A stretch of DNA of 44,287 nucleotides, taken from NCBI RefSeq assembly GCF_001194135.2, contig NC_068981.1, positions 75,507,200 to 75,551,486 on the forward strand, in the 5' to 3' direction. Positions 38,297 to 44,287 of the stretch are shown piece after piece. The position numbers were made by a program, and so were the translations under genes. The notes under the pieces are model-generated. The model saw nothing but the letters and a program-made list of their open reading frames with translations. It was not told the DNA's origin and ran no database searches. Position 1 is the stretch's first letter. The number at the start of each line of letters is the position of its first letter. Source of the stretch: Octopus bimaculoides. Lineage: Eukaryota.

Positions 38297-39324
38297 TGTG
38301 TGTGTGTGTGTGCGTGTGCATGTGCTTGTCCGTGGGCTTCTGTATAGAAGTATTTTCATTCGCATATATGAAGTCGTCGATTTAGCATATAGCTATATAA
38401 AAGTAGCCATGTAAAACAATTTGACTGTCTTCTGTATACCATGAACTATTATATTATGGCCTCGTTTTGTCTCTCACTTTCTTTAATTTTGTTATGAGAT
38501 ATGCAACTCATTGTCCATGTATGTTGATTGTTATTTGTTTATTTATTGCCATAAATTTGTTTACTGTAAATACGAAAAAATTACATATTTATGACGAACG
38601 CTTAAATTTCTTCCGGTGAAGACATAAATGCGTAATATAAATAGCTTACAGTAGAATAATCAGAAAAGCAAGAATTGAATACCTAATGAAGTAATGACAA
38701 GTACCATTCCTTGCATACGATCAGTCTCTTCCTCTGTCTGCCTGTCTGTATCTCTCTCTCCCTCTCTCTCTCTCTCCCTCTCTCTGTCTCTCTGTCTCTC
38801 TCTCTCTATCTATCTTGGTGTGTGTGTGTGTGTGTGTGTGTGCGTGCGCGCGCGACTGTGTGAATTGTGTAAACTTCCGAGAGAAATGTAAAAATAATTA
38901 TTTTTCTGAATAGTATATCTGAAAGCACACGGTTAATTCTATAAACAATAGAATTTAGATTTTGTTTAGAGATAGTCAAAGGCTGCCCGTGTGACTGGAA
39001 CGCTCATCTCCTGCTGTAAAATGCGAAAGAATGATGACATTACATATCATTACAAAATGTTTCCGATCGTTTCGATAGTTTTTAGAGAACTTGTATCAAA
39101 TATGAAATTAAAATCAATTCCATACTTGAATAGTTTATTAATAAGAATACTACTAACCATCTGTTCTCTCATTATATGTATGCATTTATGTATGTATGTA
39201 TGCATGCACGTATGTATGTGTATATGTATATATATATGTGTGTGTGTATGTATATATGTATGTGTATATGGTTTTAATAACATATACGTTTATATACATT
39301 TATATACATGTATTGTATATTCTT

Positions 39325-39659
39325 ATCTTTTGGCTTTTACTTGTTTCAGTCATTTAAGTGTGACCATATTGGGTTATCGTTTTGAAGAATTTGTCATTCG
39401 AATGACTCGACCCCGCTACTCATCGTTTTTTAAAGTCTAGTACATATACTGCTGTACTCTTTCTGCCGCACCGCTAAGTTACAGCGGTGGTTGGGGACAA
39501 ACACAGAAACAAAAACACACACACACCTATGCACATCGGGCTTCTTTCAATTCCCGTTTACGACACCCACACATAAGCCCCTTCAGAAAATGCCGCGCAG
39601 TGGGACTGATCCTGGAACCATGAGGTTAGGAAGCAAACTTCTTACCACACAGTAACGTC
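39325..39659 (-). mobile_element. SINE family B copy
   Basis: Head CGTTACTGTGTGGTAAGAAGTTTGCTTCCTAACCTCATGGTTCCAGGATCAGTCCCACTGCGCGGCA, internal (AC)n, and tail matching the 11537 copy. Confidence 0.85.
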
Positions 39660-39666
39660 TGCTCCC

Positions 39667-39720
39667 ACCCAGCATGACCGCAGCCGCATGTCTGAAACGG
39701 ATAAAAGAATAAAAGAATAC
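39667..39720 (+). mobile_element. SINE family B 3' tail fragment in the opposite orientation
   Basis: CCCAGCATGACCGCAGCC...CTGAAACGGATAAAAGAATAAAAGAATA corresponds to the family B tail CCAGCATGGCCGCAGTC...CTGAAACAAGTAAAAGAAT. Confidence 0.75.
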
Positions 39721-40059
39721 ATATATATCCGTTTCACGTGAATGCGGTGTGCATGCTAAATTCCTGGGGAATTTACTTAAGTCTTTGGGATAGAACTTTT
39801 ACTGGCAGTGTAGCATAAGGTTTATATCTTCAGAAATAAATAAATATTACTGTAAATAATTATAACGATTGTTTATAACGATTCGTTGTATAAACAGAAA
39901 TGTTGGATTCCCGTGACGCAATGGGTATAACTTGAACTAGATAAGGACGGGAAGTTCTTTTTAACTAAGTGATATAGTAATTAGGTGATATGAAATTAGT
40001 TCAATTGGGGTAAATAATACAGGAAATACTAAAGATGATGTGAGAAGTATATTATTTTA

Positions 40060-40420
40060 AGGCGAGAGGTAGGGCTGCTCCTCATTGAAACAAGGTTTAT
40101 ATTAGATAGTTTTGAGTTTGATAATTATGTCATTATTACAGAAGAGAGATGAGAGAAATTTCGTTACACATTACAAAGATGGATTGAAACTATTACAGAA
40201 TATATTGTACTTAAAGGACTGGCTAAAACAGTAATAGGCTATATCATATTAATAAACCAAGGCGGCAAGCAGGGTAGCTTAAGCATTTGTAGAAAGTAAG
40301 AGGAAGTTAAGTTACAATAACTTATATTAGATAAAATAGCTGAATATGTAATAAGCTATGTCACAGGATATAATGAGAACAACATGGAATGCAGTTAAAT
40401 TCTCCGTAGAGAGAAACACA
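40060..40420 (+). pseudogene. Possible degraded LINE APE endonuclease region
   Basis: VGLLLIETRFILDSFEFDNYVIITEER* resembles the APE motif D++.+tETW.......+.gY.+.r.DR. The downstream VISYVTGYNE is weakly similar. The region is purine-rich with many stops. Confidence 0.3.
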
Positions 40421-40980
40421 ATAAGTAGGAGGAAGTGAATCAGTAAATTTAATTTGAATTAACACGTAGTAAAAGGAAATAAAAGAGATTAGGAATAAAT
40501 CTCGTATGTGATTTACTACGTTAACGTGAAGAGCAAAATGAATGAAAATACGACAAAGTAAATTTAAAAATAAAATTATCTACTTATAGAAAACTCCAGT
40601 AAAATATCATTAAAACAATTGTTACTATAACAAGGAAGTCATGATACATTGCAATTAAGTTATATAACACAGGATGTACTAAATTTTGTAAATTAAAGAC
40701 TGATTTGAGATAAATGAGACAGCAACTCAGTAAATGAAAACATACTTATGAGAAATTTCTAAGCCTAATAAATCCTGGTAAGAGTAAATTTGGAAACACG
40801 AACTAATAAGAATCCTATAAATGTAATAGAAAATCTGATACTAAAGTGGGATAGCAAAGATCAAAATACACACACACACGTACACACGTGCATACATACA
40901 TACATACATACATACATACATACATCTATACGCGTATGAATAAGTATACAAGAGTTAACAGATTGGTGTATAAAAGAATA

Positions 40981-41076
40981 CAAGAGTTAGCCGACGGTAT
41001 ACACCTCACTTAGATGTTACCACTTCTGAGGTTCCGTTCGCTATGAAACATATGTAGCCCGAATTTTTCCTACAAC
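40981..41076 (+). mobile_element. Right-arm fragment of the 42417-42597 MITE family
   Basis: ACTTCTGAGGTT...CTATGAAACATATGTAGCCCGAATTTTTCCTAC matches the reverse complement of the left arm at 42417-42470. Confidence 0.7.
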
Positions 41077-41090
41077 GTCTGTATATGTAA

Positions 41091-41940
41091 GGCTTATCTT
41101 TGCACAGGGACCACACGGTCTCTCACAGTGAAAAGGAGCTAATCTTCTCCCTTCACTCATTTGCGCCACTTGGATTCAATTCATCTCCTCTCTTCATCTG
41201 ACACAAATCTCACTTCTTTTCATTTGACACCAACTCCACAGCCCTCCACGCACACTAGCACTGACCACTTCTCAGCACTAACAATACACACCATCATCCA
41301 CACACCCATACAACATCTTCAATAGCGTCACCACGCATACTACCATATGAACAGCCACACACACTATTCAACTCAGTACACACATCACACGCCATCATGT
41401 ACACTTCCACACCCACACAAGCAAATACCTGAACACAGACAATATATACATACACACGCCACACGCTTTAACACACAGTTTAGTCACACACACACACACA
41501 ATTGTGCACACACACACGTACACGTGCACATACACACACACACACAACACACACACACACTCACATACGTCAGAGTCACTCGTCCCTATTCACACATACA
41601 TACTTACACACTCACACACACCATTCTGACATACACACAAGCACCTTCTCTTGTTGAGATCACTGGCTTATTATTATCTCCCTTTCATTTAAACTCCTTT
41701 TTTTATTATCTCCCTTTCTTCCAACCGCTTGTTTTTTTTCCAATCATTCGCCACGCTGGACCGCTGAACTCAGCATGTTGTTTTCATTCTCTGTTTATTT
41801 TCTCTTACTTATTTCTGTTGAAGAGCGTAGGCTCGAAACGTAAAAGACCTTTTCATTTTCCCGAGTCTCAAAATAATACACTTGCTTATTGTTCATACAC
41901 TTGTCTTCGTCTTTTGTTTTTTTGACAAACTTCAACTTTA
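41091..41940 (+). mobile_element. Penelope-like element 3' end: GIY-YIG endonuclease C-terminal tail, CA-rich 3' region and pseudo-LTR with hammerhead motif
   Basis: 41091-41201 translates GLSLHRDHTVSHSEKELIFSLHSFAPLGFNSSPLFI*. This matches the PLE C-terminal pattern GLSLH.G....RK..EQ.+IF.LGtL.P.G+N....F. It is followed by a long CA-rich tract and a hammerhead motif at 41812-41846. Confidence 0.75.
41812..41846 (+). ncRNA. Minimal type I hammerhead-ribozyme-like motif (core variant A6U)
   Basis: UUU-CUGUUGA-A-GAGC(GUAG)GCUC-GAA-ACGU-A^AAAG. Helix II is 4 bp, helix III is the palindromic ACGU, the site is GUA and helix I is 3 bp. The core reads CUGUUGA. Confidence 0.7.
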
Positions 41941-42088
41941 TGTATGTATGTATGTATGTATGTATGTATGTATGTATGTATGTATGTATGTATGTATTAT
42001 CTATCTATCTCTCTAGCGTTCATACACACATAATTTTTCTCGTCTGGCCGTAAAGCCTTTTCTATTTGTTTTCCTGTCTTGTTTTTTT

Positions 42089-42346
42089 TCCGCCACTACA
42101 TTCCTCCATGGCAAGATTTAATTTGTGTATACAAATTTAACTTGCGGTCCATGGGAAGAGCCGTTTTAACGATGCGTCCTGCCCAGCTCTTCGAAACGCC
42201 GGTGTTAAAACGGGGGTAGCTGATGAAGTAGAATGTTCTCTATGTGCTTGTGTGTTTTCTCGTCTACGTTTTGTTTGTAATGTCCTGTACCCAGATATGC
42301 ACCTATACATACAGGTGGATGTCGGTATGCACATACCTGTACGTAT
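42089..42346 (+). mobile_element. Unclassified structured repeat (family D), copy 2
   Basis: Homologous to 20065-20348. Confidence 0.85.
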
Positions 42347-42416
42347 ATATGCATATACTCATTTACTATTTGTTTATATATATATATATACACACACATA
42401 CAAGAGTTATGGTGTA

Positions 42417-42597
42417 GAGTAGGAAAGATCCGGGTTACATATGTTTCATAGAAAGCGCAACCTCAGAAGTTTAACCGTAATCTAATCAAGATATACTTGG
42501 CCTGAAGAGTAGCTGGCAGTATACACCTTACTTGGATTTGACCATTACTGAGATTCCACTCGCTATGAAGCAAATATTTCCCGGATTTTTCCTACTC
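42417..42597. mobile_element. Fold-back MITE with long imperfect TIRs
   Basis: GAGTAGGAAAGATCCGGG (42417-42434) and CCCGGATTTTTCCTACTC (42580-42597) form a 17/18 inverted match. Weaker complementarity extends ~50 bp further inward. Confidence 0.75.
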
Positions 42598-42801
42598 CAT
42601 TCCGTAAATCTTGTATTCTTATTCGCACAGCCGGAAACTCTGGTCGTCTTCCGTGGAATATAAAAACAACTTTTTTCAGTGTATCGTTTTTCGACACGGA
42701 AAAATGTCCACAACCCTTAGTCTCAATAAGCCACTATTGTCCTGAAAGTTTTTATTTATATATTTACTACGGATTGCTTGAGGCTAACTTTTTTCTTACA
42801 C

Positions 42802-42985
42802 TTCGGTTTCAATATTCGGCGCAGGGCCAGTATTTTGAGTGCAGAGATAAGTTGATTACATCGACTCCTGTACTGAACTAGTACTTACTTTATTGACTCG
42901 AAAGAATGAAAGGTAAAATCGTTCTCGGCGGGGATGTAACTTAGAGCATAAAAAGGGACGAAATACAGTTAAGCATTTTGCCCTG
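42802..42985 (-). mobile_element. SINE family A, diverged copy
   Basis: Reverse complement GGGCAAAATGCTTAACTGTATTTCGTC...CCGCCGAGAACGATTTTACCTTTCATTCTTTCGAGTCAATAAAGTAAGTACTAG...AGTCGATGTAATCAACTT matches family A. Confidence 0.8.
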
Positions 42986-43048
42986 AATAATATATATGTG
43001 TGTGTACGCTTATATATATTGGTACATATGTTTCATGATATATATATA

Positions 43049-43090
<42 letters not shown>

Positions 43091-43307
43091 TGTGTGTGTG
43101 TGTGTGTATCATCCACGATTTAACAGTATAAATTGATGACCCCTTGGGTGAGACCGATAGAAAATGATTAGAAAATGCATGAAATCGCGTAAATATGAAT
43201 ATCGCTGCTTATCATATTAATGTAATCAGGCTTTTGGCAAGAGCTGCCACTTTCATATATGCACACACATACACACACACATACATACATACACACATAC
43301 ATACATG

Positions 43308-43353
<46 letters not shown>

Positions 43354-43479
43354 ATATTGATTGTTTCTTATTAGGAACAAGAGGGTCAATAGGACTGCAA
43401 CAAGAGAAGTGCTAAAGTAAATGAGACGAGTATGTGATATATAATTTGTTGTTTGTTCTGCAACCAAAATATATTTATA

Positions 43480-43778
43480 TATACCACACAACACATCATA
43501 TCACAACACACCACCACGCACACACCAGGGTTGACCAATTCCCATCACCACATATTCACACCTACACATACGCACACGCACACGTCAAGATCACCAGCCC
43601 TCTTTCACACGCACATACGTACTCTCTTACACACGCGCACCTTCGTTTTGGAATCACTTTCTTATCTCTCCTTCATCTTAGCTCTCCTGTGTGACCCCTC
43701 TGTCCAGCATTCGCCATGATAGATCGCTAAACACTACACACATTTCTTCTCTCCTTGTTTTTGTCTGTGTTCCTTAGA
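43480..43778 (+). mobile_element. Second copy of the PLE CA-rich 3' region, truncated at the hammerhead position
   Basis: CATTCGCCATGATAGATCGCTAAAC (43708-43732) matches CATTCGCCACGCTGGACCGCTGAAC (41745-41769) at 20/25. The upstream CA-rich then CT-rich architecture is the same. Confidence 0.55.
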
Positions 43779-43920
43779 TACAATTTAAATGAAATAAGGT
43801 TTCTCCAAAATTAAACATATCTAATATAATAAATGTGAATGCCAATGTGTCACACTTTTTCAACTTTACTCCTAGAGGCCGTAACCCAACACATCATACC
43901 ATTTTGGAATCAGGCTGACT

Positions 43921-44190
43921 CCGGTCACACAACCCTGAAATTTTGGATTCCCAAGTTTTCATTACTGCGATTGTTTTCGGCGATTTTTTTCACGTGACTT
44001 TTTGCCACACATTTGTTTATACGATAGCAATTTATATAATTTTTATAATCTAAAGGCTAACTCCCTGAGTAAATTAAAAACATTCCGGACCGAAACTGTA
44101 CCGGCAATCCTGAAGTTTGGGATTCCTATGTTTTCATTACTGCAATTGTTTTCGGCAATTTATTTTGACATAATTTTTTGCGACGAATAT
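43921..44190 (+). repeat. Diverged tandem duplication, period ~177-180 bp
   Basis: CCTGAA.TTT.GGATTCC.A.GTTTTCATTACTGC.ATTGTTTTCGGC.ATTT occurs at ~43934 and ~44109, each preceded by CCGG. Confidence 0.8.
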
Positions 44191-44287
44191 GATCATTGGG
44201 ATATGACTCTGGATATGTATTCGTATATATTTGATTGTATGTGCCCGTGTGTATATATGAATAGATATGCAAAACTGTATATATATA

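Overview
This is repeat-dense, AT-rich eukaryotic (animal) genomic DNA. About 6 kb (14 N-gaps) is unassembled, mostly at microsatellite edges. The SINE families and the very high AC/AT/ATAC/ATCT microsatellite load point to a coleoid cephalopod, probably Octopus; this is an inference. No host protein-coding gene can be identified with confidence, and there is no rRNA, tRNA or CRISPR array. Nearly all ORF-track entries are artefacts of gaps or microsatellites. Supported content is transposon debris: two Tc1 transposase pseudogenes (one near full length with DD34E, one internally deleted with residual TIRs), a mariner relic and a mariner-derived mini-element, and at least three tRNA-head SINE families. 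There are also two restriction-like-endonuclease (RLE) LINE relics (HERO-like and R4/Dong-like), Penelope-like element (PLE) 3' ends, fold-back MITEs and some weak APE/RT LINE relics. Three observations are the most interesting. (1) Two PLE-associated minimal hammerhead-ribozyme motifs each carry a different single core substitution. (2) A 5'-truncated R4-like LINE sits between ~175-bp direct repeats that may be an unusually long target-site duplication. (3) A two-copy structured element has a pseudoknot with partial HDV-like ribozyme topology. I found no convincing evidence for a wholly new biological system; these are testable leads.
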